Positions 38,825 to 51,384 of a stretch of 64,000 nt of DNA are shown here, piece after piece. The translations under genes were made by a program, and so were the position numbers. Origin of the DNA: Octopus vulgaris (Eukaryota); the NCBI GenBank assembly GCA_951406725.2, contig OX597817.1, positions 51,398,001-51,462,000 of the forward strand, read 5' to 3'. The stretch's first letter is position 1; every line of letters starts with the position of its first letter. The notes under the pieces are model-generated. The model worked only from the letters and a program-made list of their open reading frames with translations. It searched no databases and was not told the origin of the DNA.

Positions 38825-40004
38825 AATGAGGGGAGAAAACAGATGGAGAAAGTAAAAAAACGTATCTGAATTAACGGTCGCATACACACACACACACACA
38901 CTTGTCTATATATATAAGTTCAGCAAATGTATGTTGGCAATTGAAATAAGCATAAAAAAGTATATTGTCTTTTTTATTAAAAGAATTTTATATGTGGCTG
39001 AAGATTGCTCTACATTTTAAAACTGATGTAATACTTACATTGTTTAATAAAATGAAGTAGCATGAAACGATTGTACTACACTACCTTGGATATACTTGCT
39101 GCTTATTTTGAGTATATATATATATATATCAATGCGCGATTATCAATGAGGTTGCCCTTTTACAAAATAGTAATTGTTTTTTTTTCAACCTGTTAGCAAG
39201 CTTTTAATCACCACAATACATATGATTCTTATTTCTGCTTAAAGAAGGCAACAGTGACGTCATGATTACCCTCTGTTCTATTCCCATTACCCCAACCACG
39301 ACCGCGACCACAGCCACAATCACTGTCAACATCATCATCATCTACAGAAATTATCAACCTAAACAAGCACATCAACAAGACTAACAAAATCTCTGTTATA
39401 GACATCGTGATCGAATTCTCGAAATCCACAAATGTCAGAATTAACTTCAATAAAAATTGATCGATCCAGCCATTCCTTTTACAGAATATTTCAATCTTTG
39501 ACATTTGTATTGGAAAAGAAATTCCCAAATGCTGAAGAGAGGAGCATAGTAAAAGTATAGAATATGTAAAACAAGAAAGAAAATGGTTGAACTATAAAGA
39601 TTTTATTCTGTGCAAGACGTTTCCTTAAAATCGTAAACATACTTTTTTTAAACTCTACGTAAATGAAATTATAGAACTTGTTGTTGTTGCTGCTGTTTCT
39701 TTGTTGGAGAAGCAATCGTTACATTTGCTAACAACGCTACATATTTTTCTTTTCTTTATCTCTGTTAAGGAGAAATGTATATTTTTATTCCAAAATGCGT
39801 TTGATGTTAATATTAAGGATTTCAAAGTTAAGGTATATTAATGCATAATACATATATATATATATATATATATACATATTTATATTATATATATATATAT
39901 ATTTATTATGCATTGATATATATGTACATGTAAAAAATATATATATATATGTAAAGATATATATATATATGTATGTATATGTAAATATATATATATATGT
40001 ATAT

Positions 40005-40040
<36 letters not shown>

Positions 40041-40790
40041 GTAAATACATATATATGTATATGCAAATACATATATATGTATATGTAAATATATAAATAT
40101 ATGTTTATGTAACTATATATATATATAGTTAAAAGTATCTGCTATTGTATGTGTATACCCAATGTAAGCATATATTTTAATGATAACTTTTAATGCAAAC
40201 CATGCATATACACATACAATAGATGTATTTGCCTGAGCAAATATGCACCTCGTGTGTGTGTATGTTTGGGAGGTTGTAAAATGTTTTATACCCACATGCA
40301 TTTGTAGGAAGATTGCTACATCTTTCGGTATAGATATAAACAATATTGGATTTTTGTACCAGCGTATTTATTACATGTATGTATGCACGTCCTTACATAA
40401 CTTTTCAACTGACGTTATAACATCTATAGAACTCTCAACAATTTTTCATTTTATTTAAATGTAAAAAAAAAAAAAATTTAGGAAATAATCATGTTACGTA
40501 AATGGTAAAGGAATCGTAGGAACGAATATGTGCTTTGAAGTTCTACTTAGCAAAGCATTTCCCACGCGAAAATCATTTTAGTTTCCCAAATATAACCACG
40601 TTCAATGAGTTGATGAAAGAGTGCAAATGTAGCTATTTCGATTTGGTATAATTATCTGTGAAATATCTTTCAATTTATATATTTATGGACCAGTATTATG
40701 TTTAAAAAACATAATACTGGATTGGAGAAAATATTTTCTGCTCCCATCGCTAAACTTGGTGCACTCATCGATAATTATGTAGGTAGGTAG

Positions 40791-41156
40791 ATAGACATAC
40801 AGACAGACAGACAGACAGAGATAAATAGAGAAAGAGAGAGAAAGTGAAGACAGACACACAGATAGATAAATATATAGATAGATAGTTACATACATAGTTA
40901 CATAGATAGATACATACATACATAGTTATATAGATATATAGATAGATAGACAGACAGATAGACAGAGAGAGAGAGAGAGACAGACAGACATACAGACAGA
41001 CAGACAGACAGAGATAAATAGAGAAAGAGAGAGAAAGTGAAGACAGACACACAGATAGATAAATATATAGATAGATAGTTACATACATAGTTACATAGAT
41101 AGATACATACATACATAGTTATATAGATAGATAGATAGATAGACAGACAGATAGAC

Positions 41157-41197
<41 letters not shown>

Positions 41198-41252
41198 CAG
41201 AGAGAGACAGACAGATAGATAGAAAGACAGACAGACAGACAGGTAAATAGTT

Positions 41253-41303
<51 letters not shown>

Positions 41304-41340
41304 TATGTGTGTGGGTGGGTAAGTAGGCAACTAGATAGAC
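40791..41340. repeat. Compound GATA/GACA/GA microsatellite containing a ~194-bp tandem duplication
   Basis: GAGATAAATAGAGAAAGAGAGAGAAAGTGAAGACAGACAC occurs at ~40817 and ~41011. Confidence 0.9.
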
Positions 41341-41690
41341 AGATACATACATACATGCATACACACACATACATACATATATACATACATGGATACAGAT
41401 AGGTTAAACGGAGATCATCATAATATCTTTTCATCTTTCTATACACAACCTGTACATTAAGGAATCTCTTTTAACCGCAATATATGAAGCTGTAATCATA
41501 CTTAACTTGTATTGTTATAAGACAGGAATTTTTAAAAGTCATTCATAAGAAAGTGTCTCAAAACTTTACTGTGACTGTGACGAAAATTTATGTTGCATTA
41601 AAATACTATCTGCAATGGGATTGGTTCCACTAGAAAAGATTCCGCTTAATGTATATCAGTAAGCGATAGCTGGTTCGAAATTCCACCAAG

Positions 41691-41734
41691 ACATCTGATG
41701 AAGGCTGGATGGTATATCAGCCGAAATGTTGTGT
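41691..41734 (+). ncRNA. Minimal hammerhead (family E)
   Basis: ACAT-CTGATGA-A-GGCTGG..TCAGCC-GAAATGTT-GTGT. Confidence 0.78.
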
Positions 41735-41991
41735 TAACAGCAAAGAAGATGAGATAAATATCCGTCAAATGTAAATAATGTAAATAATGATCACCAAGGA
41801 TTTCTAGTCGTGTTGTTGCTGCAAGTTTTTATATTTTATGACGATGTGGACCAACATATTCATTCTTGATACACGTTGACAGATTCGAATGTGAATATGC
41901 TAATTGCTGAGGTGTTTCGTAACAAGAGAACAAACTTGTACTTTGCGACAAATATGTGTTCATAATTCACTCGATTCATGAGTGCAAACCT

Positions 41992-42039
41992 CTCTGTGAC
42001 ACCCGGTGTTTCAAAATAATTTTTTCTCGTCAGTATGAG
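41992..42039 (-). ncRNA. Hammerhead core with decayed stem I
   Basis: CTGACGA-GAAA..TTTT-GAAA-CACCGGGTG-TC. Confidence 0.5.
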
Positions 42040-43016
42040 GCACCCTCGACATATAAATTCCACGAAGCTCTTTATCATTTATTTTTCATCCCTCATATGT
42101 TTCAGTTGTTAGACCGCTACCACGCTGGAGCACAGCCTTCAAAAATATTTTTAGCCGAATGAATCGACTCCAGCACTTATTTTTTTTAACCTGGAACTTA
42201 TTCTATTTGTTTCGTTTGCTGAACCGTTTGTCAAGCAGGGGTAGGGAACAAACATAGATCCAAATATACACATACATCACACACACATATATATACTACG
42301 GACTCCCTTCAATTTCTATAGTAGAAGAAACTTACCCAAGTGGCTCTGTGGTAAAAAGTTTGCTTGCCAAGTACATTGTTAGGGCTCAGACCCCTGCGTC
42401 GCACCATAGGAAAACGTCTAAAGCCTTGGGCTGACCAAAGCCTTATGAGTGGATATGTTACACAGAAACTGAAAGAAGCTATGTGTATATACTGGTTGAC
42501 GTACCAGGTAATTCCCGAGAAAGCGGGGCTTATCACTTGGTTCCATTTTCATAATTGTTTCGCTAATCCACTAACAACAATACGAAGTGTGTAGACATTA
42601 AAGAAGTTTTTGTACATTTACAGAGAATACCGAACTGTGTTACACAGGATCTTGTTTTTAGGAATCCCCTGTAAGTTATGAATACCCAAATTGTGAAGTC
42701 AGTTATGTAATAACATGAAATTAGTTACCCGATAGTAAGAATTCAAATAAAGTAACCCACAAAAAGGGCTTCAATGCGTTCCCAGAATATATAGAACATA
42801 GGAGGAAATACTAATAAGGTATATATACTAAAATCGTGAAGCATGTTACGAAATAACAGGTTATTCAGATATGAGATAATAACAATTCAAAGTAAATAAC
42901 TCTGAAAAGGACTTTTGTGCGTTCCCAGAGAATATTACCCTCAGAGGCGCTAGTGTTGCTTTATTCATGAATAAATCACTAACCGAACTAAGTGGATCTA
43001 CTGTTTAGGAAAATAC

Positions 43017-43152
43017 TATTTACCTGTTTAAAGGTTGTACTGGATAAATTGCGAAAATAACTCTAACAGCTCAAATACTAAGATATCTTAGTATTTGAGC
43101 TGTTAGAGTAATTTTCACAATTTATCCAGTACAACCCTTAAACAAATAAATA
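43017..43152. repeat. 136-bp near-perfect palindrome with no spacer
   Basis: Centre AAGAT|ATCTT at 43084/43085. Confidence 0.9.
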
Positions 43153-43194
43153 TCATTTACGCCGGTCCCTCGCAGGTGAACTGCAAAATGCAGG

Positions 43195-43377
43195 GGGGAA
43201 GAGTGAGAGAAAGTTGTGGCGAAAGAGTCAGCAGAAGTTCGCCATTACCTTCTGCCGGAGCCGCGTGTAGCTTAGGTGTTTCGCTCATAAACACACACAT
43301 TGTCCGGTCTGAGATTCGAACCCGCGATCCCTCGACCGTGAATAAGCTGCTCTAACCACTAGACCATGTGCCTCCAC
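43195..43377 (-). mobile_element. SINE-C-related 5' part
   Basis: tRNA-like head similar to 48601-48710. Confidence 0.7.
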
Positions 43378-43550
43378 GTCAATATATAGACGTGAGAGAC
43401 ATTTTTGAGGCCCATTTCACACTACTACAGTGTTTCAAAAACTAAAAATTCGTTGTTTCAGTGTTAAGTCTGTCACCACTTTCCGAAGGTCGGTTCCCGT
43501 TGTTGTTTCACATTCACCACTAATCTCTAACACTGTTAATACTGGACTCT

Positions 43551-43923
43551 CTTTACTCTTTTACTTGTTTCAGTCATTTGACTGCGGCCATGCTGGAGCA
43601 CCACCTTTTAGTCGACCCCAAGACTTATTCTTTGTAAACCCAGTACTTATTCTATCGGTCTCTTTTGCCGGCCGCTAAATTATGGGGACGTAAACACACC
43701 AGCATCGGTTGTCAAGTGATGTTGGGTGGGGAAAAACACATACATATATATACATATATACGACGGGCTTCTTTCAGTTTCCGTCTACCAAATCCGCTCA
43801 CAAGGCTTTAGTCGGCCCGAGGCTATAATAGAAGTCACTTGTCCAAGGTGCCACGCTGTGGGTCTGAACCCGGAACCATGTGGTTAGTAAGCAAGCTACT
43901 TACCACACAGCCACTCCTGCGCC
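43551..43923 (-). mobile_element. SINE-A, full length
   Basis: Reverse complement of 4438-4845. Confidence 0.9.
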
Positions 43924-45157
43924 TATATGTATTGGCACATTTTAGCACTACAATTTATTCTCCTTATTGTAATTCGCAATAATATTACTGGATTTGATAT
44001 CCTTTTATATGTCTACAGTTCTTTTATTGGTGTCTAAATAAATGTATCGTTTTAAATGGCATCTTTACCTGCCAATTATTGCTTATTTTAATATGATAAA
44101 GTGAAAATATAGTTCAATTGATTTCTTTTATAACCAAATGTCCATATAAAATCTGAGTTGTTTTCTTCCATCCCTTGTTCTCTCCCGCTTCTCTCTCTCT
44201 CTCTTTCCTTCTTCTTCTTCCCACTTTATTTACCTATATATCTAATCGACTTTTACTAATACTCCAGACATATACAAGTCCACACACACACACACCTACG
44301 CTTGCTCTCTCTCTCCCTCTCTTTCTCCTTCCCCTTCTCTCTCTCTCACACACACACACAAACACGCATTGTTTACGAAAGAAGAATTTAAAAACTCTGA
44401 AGGTTGTGAAATAATTCGTTTGTAAAGTTGGAACTCGAAGCAGATAGAACTATAGATAATAGCGTGTAGAATAAATCCTCGACTGAAAATCTAATTGGCT
44501 AGAAACAGTTCGAAGGCTGATATTTTCTATGCAAAGCCTTTTTTATACCAAATATCTACGTAGTTTCACCTACTTCGAGTCACACTGTAAACAACAAATT
44601 ATATACACACCTGCACAAACATGTGTGTGTTTGTGTGTGCATCTGTCAGTCTAACTCTCTGTGAGCGTGTGCCTATGTGAATTAGTCATATATTGTTGCA
44701 CTTGCGCCAAAATCTGAAGTCAATATTGATCTCTTATTTTGAGAAAGCTGTACAATGTCTTTCAGTACAGGAAAGATATTATTTTGAAGCAGTTTCAACG
44801 TGTTTATGAGATGTGCCAAGTTTAGCAGCCAAATTTTTCTCAGATTAGATCCTATTTTTCTTGAAACAAGCAAACAAATGCCTAAATGGAATCATATGAT
44901 AGTTCATACAGAGAGTCTATAAGGAAGCGAAAAAAATGGATCTTCGTAGCAAAAACGCTTCTAGGTCCAATGGACAAGGCAGGGCTAATATGTAGAATCT
45001 CACTGTGTAGCCTGTGTTTCCGAGTTAGGACTCTCTGTGCAGCACCTTGGGCAAGTATCATCTATGATAGACCCTGAGTGTGTTTTGGTGGAAGGGAAAC
45101 TGTATAGAATGCTATCGTTTTGTTTGTACATTTATATTCATATATATATATATATAA

Positions 45158-45467
45158 CACCGTGATCACCGTGACCGACCAGGCTATCAGATGTTGCTAC
45201 ACATCGCTGGTCACAATGCGCTTCGCATTGTTTTAGCCTTCAAATGACGCCACCCCGTTGGCTAAGCGAGCAGAACAACAGAAAAAAAGAGTGAAAGAAA
45301 TTTGTGGCGAAAGAGTGCAGCAGGGATCACCACCACCCCCTGTCAGAGCCTCGTGGAGCTTTAGGTGTTTTCGCTCAATAAATACACACAACGCCCGGTC
45401 TGGGAATCGAAACCGCGATCCTATGACCGCGAGTCCGCTGCCCCAACCACAGTGCCATTTCGTCCCC
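45158..45467 (-). mobile_element. SINE-C-related element with alternative 3' part
   Basis: Head matches 48601-48710; the tail differs. Confidence 0.7.
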
Positions 45468-45474
45468 ACATGTA

Positions 45475-45524
<50 letters not shown>

Positions 45525-46174
45525 TTAAATATACAACCGAAAGAGCAACTAATAGTTTCATGCTATTATGATACTTGAACAGGCATATTCATAAACTATA
45601 CCATATATCTTAAAGCAATCTTCCAAGCTCTGTATATATGCGTTACATATAATTTTTAAAAACAAGTATGCTGGATAGTAAGAAAATACGGAAAAAAAAA
45701 CGGGGCAAAAGCGTAAAGAAAGCTGCTGCAAAAAATGGAACGCGAGAAAAGAAACGAAATGAAGAAAACCCAGATCCTCGTCACCCCTCATTGCAAGAAG
45801 CTCCTTAAATACAAACAGTATAGAATAAAATAACAGAATGTGAGAGTCTGCGAACAGCTACTCAATCCGTATGCGTGCATGTTTGTATGTATGAGCGTGT
45901 GTGCGTGCGTATATGTGTGAACATATACATATGTATAATAATATAGGCGCACAAGACGCTCAGTCGGCAGGTGCCTGTTAAGATGCTTAGCGGAATTTTG
46001 TCCGTGTTATTTCCCCGAGTTCAAATTCCGCCGTGGTCGAATTGCCTTTCATCGATAAAATAAGTACCAGTTGAGCACTGGGGTCGATGTAATCGCCTTA
46101 CCCGCTTCCCCGGATTTTTTGGCTTTGTGCCAAAATTTGAAACCAGTAATATAGATGAATAAATTATTATTTTT

Positions 46175-46580
46175 TTCCTACTCTAGACAAAAGGCCCGAA
46201 ATTTTGGGGGAGGGGGGAAGTCGATCACATTGACCCCAAAACGCAACTGGTACTTAATTTGTAGACTCCAAAAGAGTGAAAGCCAAAGTCGAGCTTGGCG
46301 GAATTTGAACTCAGAGCATAAAGACAGGCGAAATTGCTTAGCAGAATTTCGCCTGGCGTGCTAACGATTCTTATTTCTTTATTGCCCACAAGGAGCGAAA
46401 CATAGAGGGGACAAACAAGGATAGACAAACGGATTAAGTAACTGGTACTTATTTAATCGACCCCGGAAAGATGAAAGGCAAAGTCGACCTGGGCGGAATT
46501 TGAACTCAGAACGTAACGGCAGACGAAATACCGCTAAGCATTTCGCCCGGCGTGCTAACGTTTCTGCCAGCTCGCCGCCT
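46175..46580 (-). mobile_element. SINE-B nested/dimer copies
   Basis: Similarity to 17508-17923. Confidence 0.8.
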
Positions 46581-47270
46581 TAGATGTATACACTATTTTG
46601 AAGTGAACATTTAGGTATTATAAGGTGTTACTGAATATTAAATCATATTCGCTATTATTTCATACGGAAAAGAAGACTCGCCTTTAATACTATTATAACG
46701 AAGACTGTACAATGGAAACCACATGAAATTCCGATCACGAAGGAAAGGATAAGAACACCAGAAATAGCAGAATGTTGTCACGAAGTACAAACGGAAATAA
46801 TAGATATGTCAAGATATTTTCATTATGGTCAAATATTCACAGGTGTACCTAAGACTCAACTAAATATAGCAAACCTTTGCAGCGAAACTTTGTCTCACTT
46901 GCTAAAGCTCCACGTGAGTGATTGTATAAAATATATTCACCTCTCCTATCGCACCTGGAAATTTTCAGGTAAAAGTTAGATATATTGTGAACCCGGTAAA
47001 AGCTAAATAAAGTAATATTGTATGGATCGATGTTTTTAAGGACATTATACACGAATATCCTTTATGTTCAACTTCCTTTAAATATTTCTGTATTTGATAT
47101 TTTCCGGCTTCTCCTCTCAAGTTGTTCTAGAAGTTTCTATATAACTACTTTTAGCACGCAATATCTCTACTTGTAACTCCATCTTGATATTCCTCACTCC
47201 GTTTAAAATCCTCAAGCCGTACCTACAAGCATGCGCAAACACATACACACGCACAGATATATATATATAT

Positions 47271-47309
<39 letters not shown>

Positions 47310-47355
47310 TTATTTATATTTGCATTCACATATATATAGATATACATACATATAT

Positions 47356-47578
47356 ATTTCTTTATTGCCCACAAGGGGCTAAACATAGAGGGAACAAACA
47401 AGGATAGACAAAGGGATTAAGTCGATTACATCGACCCCAGTGCGAAACTGGTACTTAATTTATCGACCCCGAAAGGATGAAAGGCAAATCGACCTCGGCG
47501 GAATTTGAACTCAGAACGTAACGGCAGACGAAATACCACTAAGCATTTCGCCCGGCGTTTCTGCCAGCTCACCGCCTT
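47356..47578 (-). mobile_element. SINE-B
   Basis: Similarity to 17508-17923. Confidence 0.85.
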
Positions 47579-47775
47579 TATACATACATATATCCACACT
47601 CATATACATATTAATGTACATATACATATAAAAGCACACATAATTATCAATATATACATATACATGTATTCATATATATATATATACATATAGATACATA
47701 TATATACATATAGATATATATATATACATATATATACATATAGATACATATATATATATATATATATATACATAT

Positions 47776-47845
<70 letters not shown>

Positions 47846-48600
47846 TATATATATATTTATATATGCATGTATGTATATCCAGGTGTATGTGTGTTGGAGT
47901 TGGTGTTGTTGTACACATGCGTGTATGTTTGTTGTTTTCCAAGAAGCATGTTAAGTTAAAAATCGGTCTGTAAATATTACGCATGTAATTAACGGTTAAC
48001 CTTTTAAATTATCTACCGGAACCTCTGATCAGTCAATGAATGACGCGTAATTTGTGCTTTTCTTGTGTGGGATTTACAACAGGAAGCTGTTAATGTATTA
48101 GTGAAAGACAGAAAGAGCGTTATCCTCATTAAACAACACTAATGAAAGACGTGTTTGCATTCAACATTATTGATTGTTGGGCGTTGTATTTTAAACGTGA
48201 AAGAGTGAATTCTGGGATGGCTGTTGTATTGTAATCGGCCGGCTTTTAGAAATTTATGTTACATCTTGATTGCTTTCCATTGAATAATTGAGCATGACTT
48301 TATATTCGCGCACGTATATATTTACACCTGCGAACACACGTTTCTGTTAAGAGAAAATTTATACAAAGAAATATATTCATATATACATAATACCTTCATA
48401 ATTGTTCCATACAACCAAATTATTTCATTTCTGAAATCATGAGGACTGCTCAGAGTCTAATACGTCTCTGTTACTATACATCTTAATAATGGCGTTGGTT
48501 TCATAACATTAACACTCTAATCTCATAAATTTTAGTAACACAGCAATGTGTTCTCACCTTGTCTCACCTTGTTTCTCCCACCTCATTTTATCTTTAATTG

Positions 48601-48956
48601 TGGAGGCGCAATGGCCCAGTGGTTAGGGCAGCGGACTCGCGGTCATAGGATCGCGGTTTCGATTACCAGACCGGGCGTTGTGAGTGTTTATTGAGCGAAA
48701 ACACCTAAAGGTGAACCCTGCTGTACTATTTCACCACAACTATCTCTCACTCTTACTTCCTGTTTCTGTTGTACCTGTATTTCAAAGGGCCGGCCTTGTC
48801 ACTCTCTGTGTCACGCTGAATATCCCCGAGAACTACGTTAAGGGTACACGTGTCTGTGGAGTGCTCAGTCACTTACACGTTAATTTCACGAGCAGGCTGT
48901 TCCGTTGATTCGGATCAACCGGAACCCTCGTCGTCGTAACCGACGGAGTGCTTCCA
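48601..48956 (+). mobile_element. tRNA-derived SINE family C, near full length
   Basis: A box TGGCCCAGTGG, B box GTTTCGATT; several copies in the window. Confidence 0.85.
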
Positions 48957-50236
48957 TTTTTTTTATCTTTAACTCTTTTTTCACCTTTCTGGCTCCTCTG
49001 AAGAAACAAACTGCTTAACGCTTTCTAAGCGTCTTTGCTGTTGTTATTCCAACGTAGTTCCCAAATTCCTCGCTTAAAATCATATTCAATCCATCTTGTA
49101 CTAAACTGTATCTATATAAAATTCGTGGCCTGTCAGTCATATTTTACCAAGATTTAAATCTTGTAATCTTGAAGCTATACATGGAGAAATCGACCACTCT
49201 AATGGAGAGAGAGTGAGATGTTCTGAACTCACCTCGGAACTTTACCTTTTGACCTACAGATTTTTAAAATAATTTTTTGTAACTAAACACTTTCAAACTT
49301 TGGACACTGGTAGAATGTGTCATATAAAACATCTTTTACTCAGCGTTTTTAAGAAAAAGTTATATTTACGAAGTTATTCCACGTTAAATTTCTCGTATTT
49401 CGGTAATTTCAACCAATCAATGACGTGCATTCAATTGAATAAAATTACTGCCGTTGTTTGTCAACAACTATCGGTTCGAAAGTGGCTAACATCTATTGGT
49501 TGTAATAACCCTACTGTCAACTGATAGTGATGTAGGATGTTTGTATGTGTAGCAGATGCACCTTTCTACGTTCTAGATAAATGAGCAATATTTGTGCGAC
49601 TAAACGGTCAGTAAAGAACATGGTTGAAATATGTAAAATGTAATGAATGATTATTAAAAAATCCTTGTTTCCTGCGTTTGTATGTTTCGAATCTTCAACC
49701 ATTTTTCCTTAAGAAACTAAAATTTTAATTCTAGACTTTCGAATTTTTGTATTTTATGTTTATTAAACTTAACAAGGGGCAATGGTTTACGCATTTGTTT
49801 GATATTCTGTGACAATTGAAAGACGATATGTATTTATGTTAATAGAGATATAAAATCTTTAGCACAAGGCCAGTAATTTTGAGAACGTGATTACATCGAC
49901 CCCAGTGCTCAACTGGTACTTATATTATGGACAGAGTAAGGATAAAAGGCAAAGTCGACTTCGGTGGAATTTGAACCCAGAACGTAAATACGAACGAAAT
50001 ATCGCTAAGCATTGTGCCCAGCGTGTTAACGACTCTGTCAATTTGACGCCATTGTATTTATGTTAATATTGTTGATATGGCTGTTTCCTTAAAACGCTCT
50101 CTTTGCAAACCACGTAGTTTGCAGGTCAATCTCACTGCGCGGTACCTTGGGTAAATATGTCCGAATATAGCTCAGACTGACCGATGCCTTGTGAGTAAAT
50201 TTGAAAGATATAACTGCGTAGATACTCGTCACGAAG

Positions 50237-50292
<56 letters not shown>

Positions 50293-50293
50293 G

Positions 50294-51384
50294 GGCCGAC
50301 CCCCGAACTATACGGTCGCTATATCGACGACTGCGTAGGTGCCACCTCCCTTTCCCGTGAACTTCTCTGCCAATTCATCTCTTTCCTTTCCAACTTTCAC
50401 CCCTCTCTTCAATTCACCTCCACCATCTCCAACACCTCTGTCAACTTCCTTGACATCTCTCTCCGCATCGATCACCCCTCCAGCTCTCTCACCACCACCG
50501 CCTTCTTTAAACCTACGGATTCCCACCTCTATCTCAACTTCTCTTCCTCCCACCCCTTCGACACCAAACGAGCCATCCCCTACTCCCAGTTCCTCCGCCT
50601 CCGACGTTTGTGCAGCCGCGACCAGGATTTCGAGACCCAATCTCAATACCTGGCCCGCATGTTCAGACTCCGAGGTTACCCACCCACACTCCTCTCTGAT
50701 GCCCTCACCCGCGCCCGTCGCATCGACCGCACTACCGCCCTGTCTCCTTCCCCCCGCCCACCCCCCAACCGCACCCCCTTCCCCCTCCTTTTCCACCCCT
50801 CTACCCTACCCCTTCGTCGCAAGATACTACGTGCCTTCCGTCGCCTCCAGCTTGATCCCACCACCCGCCCCATTTTCCCTAACCCACCCCTGTCCTCTTT
50901 CAAACGAGCCCGCAATCTGCGTGACCTCCTGGTCCACAGCACCCTCTCTCCTTCCCCCTCAGCCCCACACGGATCATTCCCTTGCTCTAGATCCCGCTGC
51001 AACACTTGCCCCTTCATCACCAACACCACCGCTGTCACCGGCTCCAACCTGCATACTGTACGCATTAGGCACTCTTTTACGTGCACCTCGTCTGGCCTTA
51101 TTTACTGCATTAAATGCAACCTATGCGGGATGCTGTATGTAGGTCAGACGGGACGCCGGTTGTCCGACCGTTTCACTGAACACTTGAGGGACGTTCGCCT
51201 ACACTCTTTTTCTCCCGTCGCACGCCACTTCCGCTCGGCCGGCCATTCCCGAGATGACATCTCAGTGTTTGGTCTCGCCCCCCACAATGGTCGCCCACTT
51301 TCCAGGCTCCACTTGGAGCAACGCTACATCTTCACCCTACAAACTACCACCCCACACGGACTTAACACAGCCCCCTCCTCTTGA
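50294..51384 (+). CDS. Penelope-like element (Neptune-type) ORF, 5'-truncated: RT C-terminus, Cys-rich linker, GIY-YIG endonuclease
   Basis: RYIDD, FHPSLQFT, VNFLD, FKPTDSHLYL, SSHP, PYSQFLRLRRLCS, RGYP, CSRSRCNTC, LIYCIKCNLCGMLYVGQTGR..RFTEH..HF..H..E..GLN; no stops. The N-terminal part of the listed ORF is (TA)n read-through. Confidence 0.93.

Noticed and set aside
39229-39715. ORFs in non-repetitive sequence
   Set aside because: No recognisable domain or clear splice structure
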